Shown: one piece after another, positions 48,871 through 60,694 of the stretch
Layout: each line of letters begins with the position of its first letter
Position numbering within the stretch: position 1 is the stretch's first letter
Assembly (NCBI GenBank): GCA_945947035.1
Contig: CAMEXD010000001.1
Location: 26,197-90,196 of the forward strand
DNA length: 64,000 bases
Source: an uncultured Mycoplasma sp.
GTDB lineage: Bacteria > Bacillota_I > Bacilli_A > RF39 > UBA660
Direction: 5' to 3'
Position numbers and translations under genes: made by a program
The notes under the pieces: model-generated
Seen by the model: the letters and a program-made list of their open reading frames with translations, nothing else
What the model was told of the DNA's origin: nothing
The model's database searches: none

Positions 48871-50312
48871 TGAATTATTTAGATTTAAGTATAGAAGAAA
48901 TAAATAAATTATTAAAAGAAAAGAAAATTAAGCCAATTGATTTAGTTAACGAAGTATTTAAAAAAATTGAAGATAATAAAGATTTAAATTGTTTTATTAC
49001 TTTAAATAAAGAAGGAGCAATTAAAAAAGCATTAGAATTAGAAAATAAAGAAGTTGATAATATTTTATTTGGCATTCCTATTGCAATAAAAGATAATATT
49101 GTAACAAAAAATTTACTTACAACATGTGGATCTAAAATGCTTTCTAATTTTAATCCTATATATAATGCCCATGTAATTGATTTAATAAATGAAAAAAATA
49201 TGATTATAATAGGAAAATGTAACATGGATGAATTTGCTATGGGAAGTTCTAACAGAACAAGTTTTTATGGTAATGTTTTAAATCCATGTGATAAAACTTT
49301 GATTCCTGGAGGATCTTCAGGTGGTTCTGCAGCTTGTGTTAGTGCAGGTCTTGTTCCTTTATCTTTAGGTAGTGATACTGGAGGATCAATAAGACAACCT
49401 TCTAGTTTTTGTGGTGTTGTAGGACTTAAACCAACATATGGAAGAATATCAAGATTTGGCCTTGTGGCTTTTTCAAGTTCATTGGATCAAATTGGACCAA
49501 TAGCTAGAAATGTCTATGAAAGTGCTTTACTTTTAAATATTTTATGTAGTAAAGATGAAAGAGATTTGACAAATATTGAAACAGAAAAAGAAGACTTTAC
49601 TAGTTTAATTGGAAAAGATGTTAAGGGATTAAAAGTGGCAATTCCTAAATTTTATGTAAGTGATTTAATTGACAAAGAAATCCTTGATAATTTTTATAAA
49701 GTAGTTTCTATCTTAAAACAAGAAGGGGTAGAAGTAGAAGAAGTTGATATGAAATACTTAGATAACGCTGTATGTTTATATCAAGTAATAGCACTTGGAG
49801 AAGCTAGTACTAATTTAGCAAGATTTGATGGAATAAAATATGGTTATAGTTATGACGATGCTAAAAATATTGAAGAATTATACAAAAAAACTAGAAGTGA
49901 AGGATTTGGCGCTGAAGTAAAAAGAAGAATGATGATAGGATCTTATCTTTTAAGTGGACCAAATGCAAAAATTTACTACAATAAAGCCTTAAAAATTAGA
50001 AAATGCATGAGTTTAGAATTTAAAAGAGTGTTTGAAGATTACGATTTAATAATTGGACCAACGACAACTTCATTTCCTTGTAAACTTGACAAATTAGTAG
50101 ATGATGCAAATAAAAGCTTTATGGATGATATTTTAACAATTCCAGTTAATATGGCAGGTCTTCCTGGACTTAGTCTTCCAATTTATAAAGGGAAAAATAA
50201 TCTTCCAATTGGAATGCAAATAATTGGTAATAGATTTGATGAAAAAAGAGTTTATCAATTGGCTTCATTTATAGAAAAAAAGATTAACTTAAGAGGTGAA
50301 AATAATGAATAA
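48870..50312 (+). CDS. gatA: Asp/Glu-tRNA amidotransferase subunit A
   Basis: IKDNI, MDEFAMGS, PGGSSGGS, GSDTGGSIRQP. Confidence 0.96.
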   Translation: MNYLDLSIEEINKLLKEKKIKPIDLVNEVFKKIEDNKDLNCFITLNKEGAIKKALELENKEVDNILFGIPIAIKDNIVTKNLLTTCGSKMLSNFNPIYNAHVIDLINEKNMIIIGKCNMDEFAMGSSNRTSFYGNVLNPCDKTLIPGGSSGGSAACVSAGLVPLSLGSDTGGSIRQPSSFCGVVGLKPTYGRISRFGLVAFSSSLDQIGPIARNVYESALLLNILCSKDERDLTNIETEKEDFTSLIGKDVKGLKVAIPKFYVSDLIDKEILDNFYKVVSILKQEGVEVEEVDMKYLDNAVCLYQVIALGEASTNLARFDGIKYGYSYDDAKNIEELYKKTRSEGFGAEVKRRMMIGSYLLSGPNAKIYYNKALKIRKCMSLEFKRVFEDYDLIIGPTTTSFPCKLDKLVDDANKSFMDDILTIPVNMAGLPGLSLPIYKGKNNLPIGMQIIGNRFDEKRVYQLASFIEKKINLRGENNE

Positions 50313-51723
50313 AGAATATACACCAACCATAGGAATAGAAGTACATGTTGAAGTTTTATCTAATACCAAAATATTTTCTCATTCTATAAATGGCTATAGT
50401 GATTCTGTTAATACTAATGTTAATATCATAGATTTAGGTTATCCTGGAGTATTACCAAGAGTAAATAAAGAAGTTGTTCATAAAGCTTTAAAAGCAGCTC
50501 TTGCTCTTAATTGTAGTATTAATAAAAAAATGCATTTTGATCGTAAATGTTATTACTATCCAGATTTACCAAAAGGATATCAAATAACCCAAAATGAAAC
50601 TCCAATTGGCTTTAATGGAAGATTAAAAATAGATGATGATAGATATATTGAAATAGAAGAAATGCATATTGAAGAAGATACTTGTAAAAGTATTCATGTA
50701 AATGGAAAAACACTTTTAAACTACAATAGAAGTGGCGTACCACTAATTGAAATAGTATCAAAACCTGTTATAAAATCAAGTGATGAAGCTGTTAAATATC
50801 TAGAATCGCTAAGAGAACTATTACTATATCTAGAAGTTAGTGATTGCAAAATAGAAGAAGGTTCAATGAGAGCAGATGTAAATGTTTCAGTAAGTAAAAC
50901 TGAAGCTTTAGGAACAAAATGTGAAGTTAAAAATATTGGATCAATCTCAAATGTTAAAACTGCTATTGAAGAAGAAATAAATCGTCAGATAAATATATTA
51001 GAACAAGGTGGTAAAATAGTACCAGAAACAAGAAGATTTGATTCTAAAACAAATACAACTGTATCAATGAGAAAAAAAGAAGTAGGAAATGATTATAGAT
51101 ATATTCCAGATGCTGATATTCCTTACGTTATTTTAGATGATTCTTACATTGAAAGTGTAAAAAATTCTTTAGTTATGCTACCAAATGAAAGAAGAAAAAT
51201 TTATAAAGAAAATGAAATATCAGATGTTAATATCGATAAACTTATAAATAATAAACCTTTATCAGATTTTTTAGATAAATTTATAGATAAAAAAATAAAC
51301 TTAAAAATCGCTAGTAATATCTTACTTGGAGATATATCATCTTATTTAAATAAAACAGGTAAAAAAATAACAGATACTTATTTAGAAAATAAATTTGTTG
51401 ATATTGTTAATAGTTTAAATGAAGGAAAAATATCATCAAAGAATTTTAAAGAAATTATTAATGATTGTCTTGAAAAAGATGATACTTTAGAAAATATTTT
51501 AAAAGAAAATAACATATCATTAGTTAGTAATGAAGATGATTTACTTATCATAATAAATAAAGTCTTAGATGAAAATAAAAATAGTGTTAATGACTATAAA
51601 AATGGTAAAGATAATGCCTTTAAATATTTGATGGGAATGGTTATGAAAGAAACTAAAGGAAGCGCTAATCCTGTAGTTGTAAACAATTTATTAAAAACTT
51701 TACTGTCAAAAGATGTAAATTGA
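50305..51723 (+). CDS. gatB: Asp/Glu-tRNA amidotransferase subunit B
   Basis: IGIEVH, YPDLPKGYQITQ, HIEED, EGSMRADVNVS. Confidence 0.96.
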   Translation: MNKEYTPTIGIEVHVEVLSNTKIFSHSINGYSDSVNTNVNIIDLGYPGVLPRVNKEVVHKALKAALALNCSINKKMHFDRKCYYYPDLPKGYQITQNETPIGFNGRLKIDDDRYIEIEEMHIEEDTCKSIHVNGKTLLNYNRSGVPLIEIVSKPVIKSSDEAVKYLESLRELLLYLEVSDCKIEEGSMRADVNVSVSKTEALGTKCEVKNIGSISNVKTAIEEEINRQINILEQGGKIVPETRRFDSKTNTTVSMRKKEVGNDYRYIPDADIPYVILDDSYIESVKNSLVMLPNERRKIYKENEISDVNIDKLINNKPLSDFLDKFIDKKINLKIASNILLGDISSYLNKTGKKITDTYLENKFVDIVNSLNEGKISSKNFKEIINDCLEKDDTLENILKENNISLVSNEDDLLIIINKVLDENKNSVNDYKNGKDNAFKYLMGMVMKETKGSANPVVVNNLLKTLLSKDVN

Positions 51724-51775
51724 TAAAAATAGGCAGATAAGTTATAATAACTTATAGTATGAGGAGTTGAATTTA

Positions 51776-52261
51776 ATGGAAAAAATTAAGAAAATTCTAA
51801 AAGATAATAAATATACAGTGATAGGATTATTAATTTTTATTATAATTGCACTTGTAGTTTCTTTATTATATAATCTTTTATTTTCAGGTGCTGGTAATCC
51901 AGTTTATGGAAATAGATTAGAAGGTATTGAAAGTGTTGAAATAACTAAAGAAGAAAAAGAAAAAATCGTTAATGCATTAAAAGATAATAAAATAGTTATG
52001 GAAGCAAGTTGTGATATTAAAGGTAAGATTTTAAACGTTATTATTAAAGTTAATAAAGATACAAAATTAACTGATGCTAAAAAATTAACTAGTATAATTA
52101 CAGAACAAATTTCAAAAGAACAAAAAGAGTTCTATGATATTCAAGTATTTTTAGATATTGATGGCGAAGAAATAGATGGTTATCCTACAATTGGATATTT
52201 AGGAAAAAATGCTAAAGACTTTAAATATACAACAGCATCATATGAAAAAGATGAGGAGTAG
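51776..52261 (+). CDS. Hypothetical membrane-anchored protein
   Basis: N-terminal TM; YGNRLEGI, YDIQVF. Confidence 0.7.
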   Translation: MEKIKKILKDNKYTVIGLLIFIIIALVVSLLYNLLFSGAGNPVYGNRLEGIESVEITKEEKEKIVNALKDNKIVMEASCDIKGKILNVIIKVNKDTKLTDAKKLTSIITEQISKEQKEFYDIQVFLDIDGEEIDGYPTIGYLGKNAKDFKYTTASYEKDEE

Positions 52262-52267
52262 TAATTT

Positions 52268-54319
52268 ATGAAATTAAAAAGAAAGAAAACCAAAATTGGT
52301 AATATTCTATTAAAATCATTAATAGGAATTTTAGTAATAGGAGTTTTAGGTTTTGCAGTTTATTATTTTTTAACTGCAGAAGATGAAGATAACAACTTAA
52401 CTTTACTAGAAAAGCAATGGATAGAAAGTAATAAATCTGTTTTAGTAGATATAGATATTCCCAATAACACATATATTTATGCAAATTCTGGGGAAGGTGT
52501 ATTATTTGATTTTTTAGATTATGTAAAAACTGAGACGGGTTTAGAATTTAATAAAAAACCATATAATTATAAAACAGACGAGACTTTTAATGGTTTATCA
52601 ATTGTAGTATTAGATCCAAGTAGTGCTATAAAACAAGAAGATATTGTAATTTTAGAAGATAATTTCATTTTATTAGGACGTGATGAAGGATATCTAAATG
52701 ATTTAGAAGTAATAAATGGAACAACAATTGGAATTTTAGAAAGTGATTCTAATTATATTAAAAACTTTTTCATTAATAATTATTTAACATATAAAACATA
52801 TGATTCTATAACAAATTTATTAAAAGATTTAAATGATAATAAAGTATCATATGCCATTATTCCAAGATATAGTTATTTAAATGAAATAACAAATGAAAAT
52901 TATTTTGTAAAATATGTTATATCAAATCTTTCAAATAAATATGTTTTAAGACTTGGAAACAATGAAAAATTAAATAATATTATGGTAAAACTACTAGAAA
53001 ATTATAAAGCATCTAAACTTAGATTAAATTATGAAAAAAATTTACTTGATTTTTATAGTGAAAAATATGAACTTACTGAAATATCAAAGTCAACACTTGT
53101 AAGTAGAGTTTATAAATATGGATATATTAAAAATACTTCTTATAATGTTTTAAATAATGATAAATTATATGGAGTAGCAGGAGAATATATTAATTCTATT
53201 ATTAATATGATTGGAATGGAATTTGATTACATTTCTTATGAAACAATTGATGAATTAAAAAAAGATTTAGATGCAGGAAAACTTGATTTAGCATTTATTG
53301 ATGGAATTTATGACAATGAAAAATATTTAAAGACAGTTTCAAGTTTTAATGAAGAATTTACTGCTTTATCAAATACATATATAAATATTAATAATAAGCA
53401 TGGTTTAACAAATAACAAATTATACTTAAAAAAAGATGGTAGTTTATATGATTATGTCTCAACTAATATTAATAGTAATACAAAAACAATGAAAAATTAT
53501 GAAAGTAAAATAAGTGAAGATGGAATAATTTTATTAGATAAAGCTGATTACTTATATTTAAAAGATACTAAGTTAAAAAATTATAAATATTTATTTACTG
53601 ATACTTATACTGGAAATAAAATGTTTGTAGTTAAAGAAACAAATGAAGTTTTATATAATATATTAAACTTTACTTTAAATAATATTAATTCTTATGAATA
53701 TGAGATGCTAGCAATTAATAATTTACTATCTATTGAAGAATCTGTTGGTAATTTTAAAGGTATTTATATGATTGTAGTAGCTATTATATTATGTCCAATA
53801 TTAATAGGATTTTTAGGTATAATAATAATGAGAAATTCTAAGAATCTAAAGATAACAAAGAAAGAAAATATTCTAAAATATAATGATATGTTAACTAATT
53901 TAAAAAATAGAAATTATTTAAATGATAATATTGAAAAATGGGATAATACTAAAATTTATCCAAGGACAATTGTTATGATAGATTTAAATAATTTAAAATA
54001 TGTAAATGATAATTATGGACATGAAGAAGGAAATGAACTTATAAAAAAAGCAGCAGCTATTTTAATTAATACTCAACTTGAAAAAAGTGAAATTATAAGA
54101 ACAGATGGAAATGAATTTTTAATTTATTTACTAGGTTATAGTAAAACTCAAATTACAACATATTTATCAAAATTGTCAAAAGAATTTGAAAAACTTCCAT
54201 ATGGATTTGGGGCAGCAATGGGATATAGCATAATAGATGATGAAATAAAAACAATTGATGATGCGATAAATGAAGCAACAATAGAGATGCGCATGGATAA
54301 AGAAAAGAACTACAGATAA
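52268..54319 (+). CDS. Membrane sensor with solute-binding domains and degenerate GGDEF domain
   Basis: TM-SBP-SBP-TM; DMLTNLKNR, IDLNNLKYVNDNYGHEEGN, RTDGNEF. Confidence 0.88.
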   Translation: MKLKRKKTKIGNILLKSLIGILVIGVLGFAVYYFLTAEDEDNNLTLLEKQWIESNKSVLVDIDIPNNTYIYANSGEGVLFDFLDYVKTETGLEFNKKPYNYKTDETFNGLSIVVLDPSSAIKQEDIVILEDNFILLGRDEGYLNDLEVINGTTIGILESDSNYIKNFFINNYLTYKTYDSITNLLKDLNDNKVSYAIIPRYSYLNEITNENYFVKYVISNLSNKYVLRLGNNEKLNNIMVKLLENYKASKLRLNYEKNLLDFYSEKYELTEISKSTLVSRVYKYGYIKNTSYNVLNNDKLYGVAGEYINSIINMIGMEFDYISYETIDELKKDLDAGKLDLAFIDGIYDNEKYLKTVSSFNEEFTALSNTYININNKHGLTNNKLYLKKDGSLYDYVSTNINSNTKTMKNYESKISEDGIILLDKADYLYLKDTKLKNYKYLFTDTYTGNKMFVVKETNEVLYNILNFTLNNINSYEYEMLAINNLLSIEESVGNFKGIYMIVVAIILCPILIGFLGIIIMRNSKNLKITKKENILKYNDMLTNLKNRNYLNDNIEKWDNTKIYPRTIVMIDLNNLKYVNDNYGHEEGNELIKKAAAILINTQLEKSEIIRTDGNEFLIYLLGYSKTQITTYLSKLSKEFEKLPYGFGAAMGYSIIDDEIKTIDDAINEATIEMRMDKEKNYR

Positions 54320-54320
54320 T

Positions 54321-55136
54321 ATGAAAAAAAAGATTATAAAAACAATAAAAAACTTTTTAAAAATATTACATCAGCCAGAAATGCAAGTATTGCCAGGACA
54401 GTTAGCATATAATTTGCTACTTTCCTTTATACCAATACTTGCTATTTGCGCTAGTGTAATATCAAATTTTATATCAAATTTTAATTTAACAAACATAATT
54501 AGTAATTACTTGCCAAATCCTTTAGCACAGATTATAATACCTCTTATAACAACTAATCAAAATGCAAGTATTTTAATAGTTATTTTTGGTTATATATTTA
54601 TGGCCACTAAAGCACCAAAGTCAATAATTATTGCATCTAATAATTTATATAAAATAAAAGAAGAAAATGATTTAAGAGTAGAGTTAAAAGCAATATTTAT
54701 GACAATCGTTTTAATTGTACTTCTAATATTTATGCTATTTATACCAATATTTGGTAGTATAATTATAAAAATAGTTCAGAAATATTTTGAGATATCTAAG
54801 TACATTAGTATTTTAAAAGTAGTAAAAATATTAACATCATTTATATTTATTTATATTTCAATTAAACTTTTATATACTATGGCTCCATCAAAAAATATCA
54901 AAAGTAATACAACAACTGTTGGAGCAATGTTTACAAGTGTATCTTGGATAATTGCAACTGAAATATTTTCATTTTATATCACTAATATTGCTAAATATAA
55001 TGAACTCTATGGTAATTTTGCTAATATTATTATTTTATTACTTTGGGTATATTTACTTTCATATTTATTCGTAGTTGGTATGGCAATGAATATTAATAGA
55101 TATAATTCTTTGTCAAAAGAGGAAGTGAAAGAATGA
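54321..55136 (+). CDS. YihY/BrkB family membrane protein
   Basis: LAYNLLLSFIP, YNELYGNFANIIILLLWVYL. Confidence 0.88.
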   Translation: MKKKIIKTIKNFLKILHQPEMQVLPGQLAYNLLLSFIPILAICASVISNFISNFNLTNIISNYLPNPLAQIIIPLITTNQNASILIVIFGYIFMATKAPKSIIIASNNLYKIKEENDLRVELKAIFMTIVLIVLLIFMLFIPIFGSIIIKIVQKYFEISKYISILKVVKILTSFIFIYISIKLLYTMAPSKNIKSNTTTVGAMFTSVSWIIATEIFSFYITNIAKYNELYGNFANIIILLLWVYLLSYLFVVGMAMNINRYNSLSKEEVKE

Positions 55137-57163
55137 AAAAAATAAAGAAATATCTTGAAAAAATAAAAAATTTTTTAAAAAACACAAAAATAATTTTAAA
55201 AGATAATCCTTTATTTACATGGTTTATTATTGGAAGTGTTATAAATGGAACACTTCTTAGATTTTTAACAGTTAAAAATTATTTTGGTATTTCTCCAATT
55301 ATAAGTGATTTATTTGTATCTCTTCTTTTCGGAGGATTATATTTTTGTATTAAAGAAAAAAATAGATTTAAATATATATTTACTTTATCAATTATATTTT
55401 CTATTATAGGAGTAGCAAATATTGTTTATTATCATTATTATAATAGTTTTATTTCAGTAACATTTATTTCTTTTGCATTAACAAATACTGAAACTGGTGG
55501 TGCAAATGTTGTTGGTAATCTTTTAAATATAGAATTTTTTATTCTATTATGGTTTCCAATTTTTATGTTTTTTTATAATAAACATTTAAAAAATAAAAAT
55601 ATTAAAATAAAAGATTATGATAAAAAAGAAAGAAAGAAAGTTTTAAAACTTGTTTATTTTTGGTTTTTATTTTTCTTCTTATTGTTTTTAACTACATTAG
55701 ATTTAGTTGATTATGGTAGATTTTATAATCAATGGAATAGAGAATATTCTGTTACTAAATTTGGAGTTTATTTATATCAATTAAATGATGTTATTGTAAG
55801 TATTGAACCAAAAGTTGCTCCACTTTTTGGATCAGATAAAGCAAAAAAGGAAATTTCAGAGTATTATGAAGAACTAGATAAAAAACAAAGTATAAATGAA
55901 TATACAGGTATTTTTGAAGGTAAAAATATAATAGCTATTCATGCTGAAAGCATTCAAACACTTGCTATGGAACAAGAATTTAATGGAATACCTGTTACAC
56001 CTAATTTAAATTATTTAGCAAGTGAAGGAATATATTTTAGTAATTTTTATTCACAAGTAAGTATTGGAACATCAAGTGATACAGAATATTTAGTTGCTAC
56101 ATCTTTTATGCCTGTTAAAAGTGGAACAGCATTTGTTAATTATTCTGATAAAACATATCCATCAATGTATAAAATATTAAAAGAAAATGGTTATTATACT
56201 TTTTCAATGCACGCTAATACTGGTGAATTTTGGAATAGAAATAATATGTATAAATCCTTAGGATATGATAATTTTTACGAAAGAAATTCATATACAATAG
56301 AAGAGACAATTGGATTTGGACTAAGTGATAAATCATTTTTTACACAAGCTGCTGATATAATTGAAGAAATTTCTAACACAAATGGTAAATTTTATGGTAC
56401 AATAATTACGTTAAGTAATCATACCCCATTTGAAGATATTGATAGTTATGGTTATTTTGATGTAAGTATGATGGTTGATGGTGTAACTTATCCATATCTT
56501 GAAGGAACAAAACTTGGAAATTACTTTAAATCAGTACATTATGCTGATAAACAAATTGGTATGTTTATTGATTTGTTGGATGAAAAAGGATTGCTTGAAG
56601 ATACAATTATTATAATATATGGAGATCATGATGCAAGAATTAGTAAAAGTGAATGGGAATACTACTATAATTATGATTATTTAAACAATACTATACTAGA
56701 TGAAAATGATCCAAATTATAAAAAAATTGATTACTATTGGTATGAAGTAAATAGAAGAACTCCTTTTATAATTTGGTCAAAAGACGATGAATTTAAAGAA
56801 AAATATAAAAAAGAAATAACTAAAGTATCAGGTATGATTGATATATCACCAACAATATTAAATATGCTTGGACTTTATAATGAATATGCTTTAGGAGAAG
56901 ATTTATTTGCAAATTTTGAAGAAGAAAATATAGTAGCTTTTCCAAATGGTAATTTTATTACAGATAAAGTATATTATAACGATAGTAAAAATGAATACAA
57001 ATTATTACAAGATGTTCCTTTAGAAGAAGATTATATAAAAAAATGTAAAAGTTATACAGAAAAAATACTTAATATATCTAATAACATAGCAGTATATAAC
57101 TATTTTGAAACTGAGTTATCAAAAGATAAATATATAGATGAAACAAGGATTGGTGAAAAATAA
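55133..57163 (+). CDS. ltaS: LTA synthase family protein
   Basis: Five TM helices plus sulfatase-like domain: HAES, GTSSDTE, TLSNHTPF, YGDH. Confidence 0.88.
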   Translation: MKKIKKYLEKIKNFLKNTKIILKDNPLFTWFIIGSVINGTLLRFLTVKNYFGISPIISDLFVSLLFGGLYFCIKEKNRFKYIFTLSIIFSIIGVANIVYYHYYNSFISVTFISFALTNTETGGANVVGNLLNIEFFILLWFPIFMFFYNKHLKNKNIKIKDYDKKERKKVLKLVYFWFLFFFLLFLTTLDLVDYGRFYNQWNREYSVTKFGVYLYQLNDVIVSIEPKVAPLFGSDKAKKEISEYYEELDKKQSINEYTGIFEGKNIIAIHAESIQTLAMEQEFNGIPVTPNLNYLASEGIYFSNFYSQVSIGTSSDTEYLVATSFMPVKSGTAFVNYSDKTYPSMYKILKENGYYTFSMHANTGEFWNRNNMYKSLGYDNFYERNSYTIEETIGFGLSDKSFFTQAADIIEEISNTNGKFYGTIITLSNHTPFEDIDSYGYFDVSMMVDGVTYPYLEGTKLGNYFKSVHYADKQIGMFIDLLDEKGLLEDTIIIIYGDHDARISKSEWEYYYNYDYLNNTILDENDPNYKKIDYYWYEVNRRTPFIIWSKDDEFKEKYKKEITKVSGMIDISPTILNMLGLYNEYALGEDLFANFEEENIVAFPNGNFITDKVYYNDSKNEYKLLQDVPLEEDYIKKCKSYTEKILNISNNIAVYNYFETELSKDKYIDETRIGEK

Positions 57164-57804
57164 TGAAATTAAAAAAGAGTGTAAAGAAAAAAGTTAATAT
57201 TTTAATAATTAGTTTAGTAGTTTTAATACTTTTAGTAATAGGCTTTTTAGCTTATAAAAGATTCTTCAACAACAATACAACACCTAATAAAGTAAAAGTA
57301 GTTGATAAAATAGGAGATTATGGATACGAATTAGAAGAAGATGCTCCGAAAGAATTTAAAAATTTATTTGAAGAATTAAGAAAACTTTTAAGTAAAGATG
57401 AATTTGATGAAAAAGAATATGCTTCTTTAGTATCAAGATTATTAGTATTAGATTTTTATAATTTAGATAATAAAATATCAAAAAATGATATCGGAGGAGT
57501 TCAATTTATAAGAAGTGATCAACAAAAAAACTTCATTTTAGAAGCCAGTGAAACAGTATATAAATATATAGAACATAATGTATATGGTAATAGAACTCAA
57601 GAATTACCAGTAGTATCAAAAGTAGAAGCTTCTGAAATAAAAGAAACTACTTATAAATATAAAAATATAAACGATGAAAAAGCGTATAAAGTAACAGTTG
57701 ATGTAACTTATAAAAAAGATTTAGGATATCCAAGTAAAGTTACAGTAGTATTAATCCATAACTCTGATAATGAAAAGAAATTAGAAGTAATAAAAATGTA
57801 TTAA
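57163..57804 (+). CDS. Hypothetical membrane-anchored protein
   Basis: N-terminal TM, 213 aa. Confidence 0.7.
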   Translation: MKLKKSVKKKVNILIISLVVLILLVIGFLAYKRFFNNNTTPNKVKVVDKIGDYGYELEEDAPKEFKNLFEELRKLLSKDEFDEKEYASLVSRLLVLDFYNLDNKISKNDIGGVQFIRSDQQKNFILEASETVYKYIEHNVYGNRTQELPVVSKVEASEIKETTYKYKNINDEKAYKVTVDVTYKKDLGYPSKVTVVLIHNSDNEKKLEVIKMY

Positions 57805-57842
57805 AATTATATCTTTTACTATATAATTAAAATGGTGATAAA

Positions 57843-58223
57843 ATGAAAGAAGAATTTATAAAAGAATTGGTTAATATTAAAGAAAGATTACTACAAGAAA
57901 AAGAGTATATTGAAAATCCTAATACAATTAAACTATTCTTTTTAATTAAAGAAGGTCTTAGAAAAAATGTTAGTATAAATGAAGATAAAGTATCATATTC
58001 TTTTCAATTTGATTTTAATAATAATACCTATCTTAGTTTATCAAAATATGATACAACAGAAGAATTAATGACTAGTTTAAATAACGATATAGATGAAGTA
58101 TTGTTAAATAAATTATGTAAAAACTATGGTATTACAATGTACAAAAATAATGTTTGTGATGTAAATGGTGTTTATACCTATAATTTTATTGCTAATTTAA
58201 ATTATACAAGAGTTTTAAAATAA
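57843..58223 (+). CDS. Hypothetical protein
   Basis: GGTGA RBS; followed by terminator AAGCCTA/TAGGCTT. Confidence 0.65.
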   Translation: MKEEFIKELVNIKERLLQEKEYIENPNTIKLFFLIKEGLRKNVSINEDKVSYSFQFDFNNNTYLSLSKYDTTEELMTSLNNDIDEVLLNKLCKNYGITMYKNNVCDVNGVYTYNFIANLNYTRVLK

Positions 58224-58309
58224 GCCTAGATTTAGGCTTTTTTTCATTATTTCTTGCGTTTTATTTTTTAGTATTGTATAATTTAATTAAGAAGTTAAGA
58301 GGGTAAGAT

Positions 58310-59554
58310 ATGAGAAAAATATTTACTAGTATAGATATAGGAACAGATAGTATTAAAATTGTTTGTTTAGAATATTTTAACAAAAAGTATAATTGTCTAG
58401 CATCAGTTGTTACGCCATCAAGTGGTGTAAAACAAGGATTAATTATTAATGCAGAAAAAGTAAGTAATGCTATAAAAAAAGGAATAAAAGAAATCGAAAG
58501 CAAACTTGGTACTAAAATAAATAAAGTACTTGCTATTGTTCCATCAAATAATGTTACATTTGATATAGTAGAATCAAGTAATGATATAAGAACTGAAAAT
58601 AATATTATTGATGGTGATACTATTTTTAATTGTCTTCAAAAATCATTAAAAAATAATATAAAACCTGATATGGAAGTAGTATCTATTATGCCTATTGAAT
58701 ATAAATTAGATAATGGAAAAATAGTAAAAAATCCACTTAATATGCAAAGTAAAACTTTAAATGTTAAAGCTGTAGCATCAAGTGTACCTAAGAAAAATGT
58801 TTATTCCGTTGTTGGAATAATAGAAAATTTAGGAATAGAAGTAATAGATATATCATTTTCATCAATTGGCTGTTATTATTCTATGAAAACAAAAGATTTA
58901 GATAACAAAGTAGTAGCACTTATTGATATCGGAAGTGAAGTAACAAAATTATCAGTATTTAATAAAGGTATCATGATAAAAGAAAAGATTCTTCTTATGG
59001 GAGGAAATAGTATTGATAGTGATATTAGCTTTAATTATAAAACTGATTTAAATGTATCAAAACAAATAAAAGAAACATTTGCAGTAGCTAATAGAAAATA
59101 TGCAGATAGTGATGAAGAATATAGTTGTATTGATAGAAATGGCCAAAAACAAGAAATAAATCAGTATAGTTTATCAGAAATTATTGAAGCAAGATGTGTT
59201 GAAATGCTAAAAAATGCAAAAAATGAATTAAATAACTTAACAAATCGTGAAATAGGTTATATAATTATATCAGGGGGAATAACATCAATGCTTGGTTTTG
59301 ATGCTATAGTTGAAGAATTATTTGTAAGAACATCAACAGTTATTAATATAGGTGTTGTAGGACTTAGAGATAATAAATATGCAGCAAGTTATGGAACAAT
59401 AAAATATTTTAATGAAAAATTAATTTTAAGAGATAAAGAATATACAATGTTAAATGAAGAACAAGTTGAAGAAATGCTATCAACTAGAAAGAAAGTTAGT
59501 TCTTTGGGAGTTTTGAGCAAAATCTTTAAGATATTTGAAGGAGATGATAAGTAA
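58310..59554 (+). CDS. ftsA: Cell division protein FtsA
   Basis: [32 protein letters not shown]; adjacent to ftsZ. Confidence 0.92.
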   Translation: MRKIFTSIDIGTDSIKIVCLEYFNKKYNCLASVVTPSSGVKQGLIINAEKVSNAIKKGIKEIESKLGTKINKVLAIVPSNNVTFDIVESSNDIRTENNIIDGDTIFNCLQKSLKNNIKPDMEVVSIMPIEYKLDNGKIVKNPLNMQSKTLNVKAVASSVPKKNVYSVVGIIENLGIEVIDISFSSIGCYYSMKTKDLDNKVVALIDIGSEVTKLSVFNKGIMIKEKILLMGGNSIDSDISFNYKTDLNVSKQIKETFAVANRKYADSDEEYSCIDRNGQKQEINQYSLSEIIEARCVEMLKNAKNELNNLTNREIGYIIISGGITSMLGFDAIVEELFVRTSTVINIGVVGLRDNKYAASYGTIKYFNEKLILRDKEYTMLNEEQVEEMLSTRKKVSSLGVLSKIFKIFEGDDK

Positions 59555-60645
59555 TGTTCGATTTATCTATGACAGATCAATTAGCTAAAATTAAAGTAGT
59601 TGGAGTAGGTGGAGGCGGTGGAAATGCTATAAACCGAATGATAGATGCTGGAGTAAGAGGAGTAGAATTTATTGTAGTAAATACAGATTCTCAGGTTTTA
59701 ACTGCATCTAAAGCAGAAAAGAAAATTCAATTAGGAACAGGATTAGGTGCTGGTGCTCGTCCAGAAATAGGAAAAGAAACAGCAATTAAAGCAAAAAAAG
59801 AAATAGAAGAAGCTCTAAAAGGAGCTGATATGATATTTATCACTTGTGGTATGGGTGGAGGAACAGGAACTGGTGCTGCTCCAATCATTGCTGAAATAGC
59901 ACAAAATTTAGGAGCTTTAACTGTTGGTATTGTAACTCGTCCTTTCTCATTTGAAGGTAAAAGAAGAATGGATAATGCCATTGCTGGTATTGAAGAGTTA
60001 AAAAAACATGTTGATACTCTAATTGTTATTCCAAACGATAGATTAAGAGAAATAATTGATAAATCAACACCAATGTTAGATGCATTTAAAGAAGTTGATA
60101 ACGTACTTCTTCGTGGTGTTCAATCAATTTCAGATTTAATTGCAGTAGTTGGACTTGTTAACCTTGACTTTTCAGATATTAGAACTGTTATGGAAAAAGC
60201 AGGAAATGCAATTATTGGAATTGGTATTGGAATGGGAGAAGATAGAGCAATCGAAGCAGCAAAACAAGCTGTTGCATCTCCACTTCTTGAAACATCAATT
60301 CATGGTGCAACAGATGCTATTATTAATATAACAGGTGGATCTAATCTTACTTTATTTGAAGCAGAACAAGCTGTTGAAGTAGTAAGAGCGGCATCAAATA
60401 CTGATATTAATATAATTTTTGGTTCTGTTATTAATGAGAATTTAAACGATGAAGTAATCGTTACAATTATAGCAACAGGTTTTGATAAAAAAACAAAACA
60501 ACAACCATTGTTTAAAGAAACATCAACTGTTACGGCAAGAAGAGTAACACCAGAAGTAGAAGAAATAGATGATGATAGTACTGGAAGTTCATTTGAACCA
60601 ACAGAAATAGATATTCCAAGGTTTTTACAACATAAAAATTTCTAA
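59554..60645 (+). CDS. ftsZ: Cell division protein FtsZ
   Basis: [30 protein letters not shown] tail. Confidence 0.98.
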   Translation: MFDLSMTDQLAKIKVVGVGGGGGNAINRMIDAGVRGVEFIVVNTDSQVLTASKAEKKIQLGTGLGAGARPEIGKETAIKAKKEIEEALKGADMIFITCGMGGGTGTGAAPIIAEIAQNLGALTVGIVTRPFSFEGKRRMDNAIAGIEELKKHVDTLIVIPNDRLREIIDKSTPMLDAFKEVDNVLLRGVQSISDLIAVVGLVNLDFSDIRTVMEKAGNAIIGIGIGMGEDRAIEAAKQAVASPLLETSIHGATDAIINITGGSNLTLFEAEQAVEVVRAASNTDINIIFGSVINENLNDEVIVTIIATGFDKKTKQQPLFKETSTVTARRVTPEVEEIDDDSTGSSFEPTEIDIPRFLQHKNF

Positions 60646-60694
60646 GCAAACAAATCTTGTTTGCTTTTTTAAAATTTGAAAGAGTGGTTAGTAT

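Noticed and set aside
13671-58223. Shared basic C-terminal tails in small hypothetical proteins (KRKVRKLV, YTRVLK) as a secretion signal
   Set aside because: Only two or three examples in a Lys-rich proteome; cannot be separated from chance here
1583-60331. Short ORFs antisense to or nested in long genes (e.g. 1583-1834, 6374-6559, 13971-14459, 14679-15137, 28802-29203, 48875-49225, 59727-59981, 60149-60331)
   Set aside because: Shadow frames of well-supported genes; S/F/L/I-rich, with no SD or motifs
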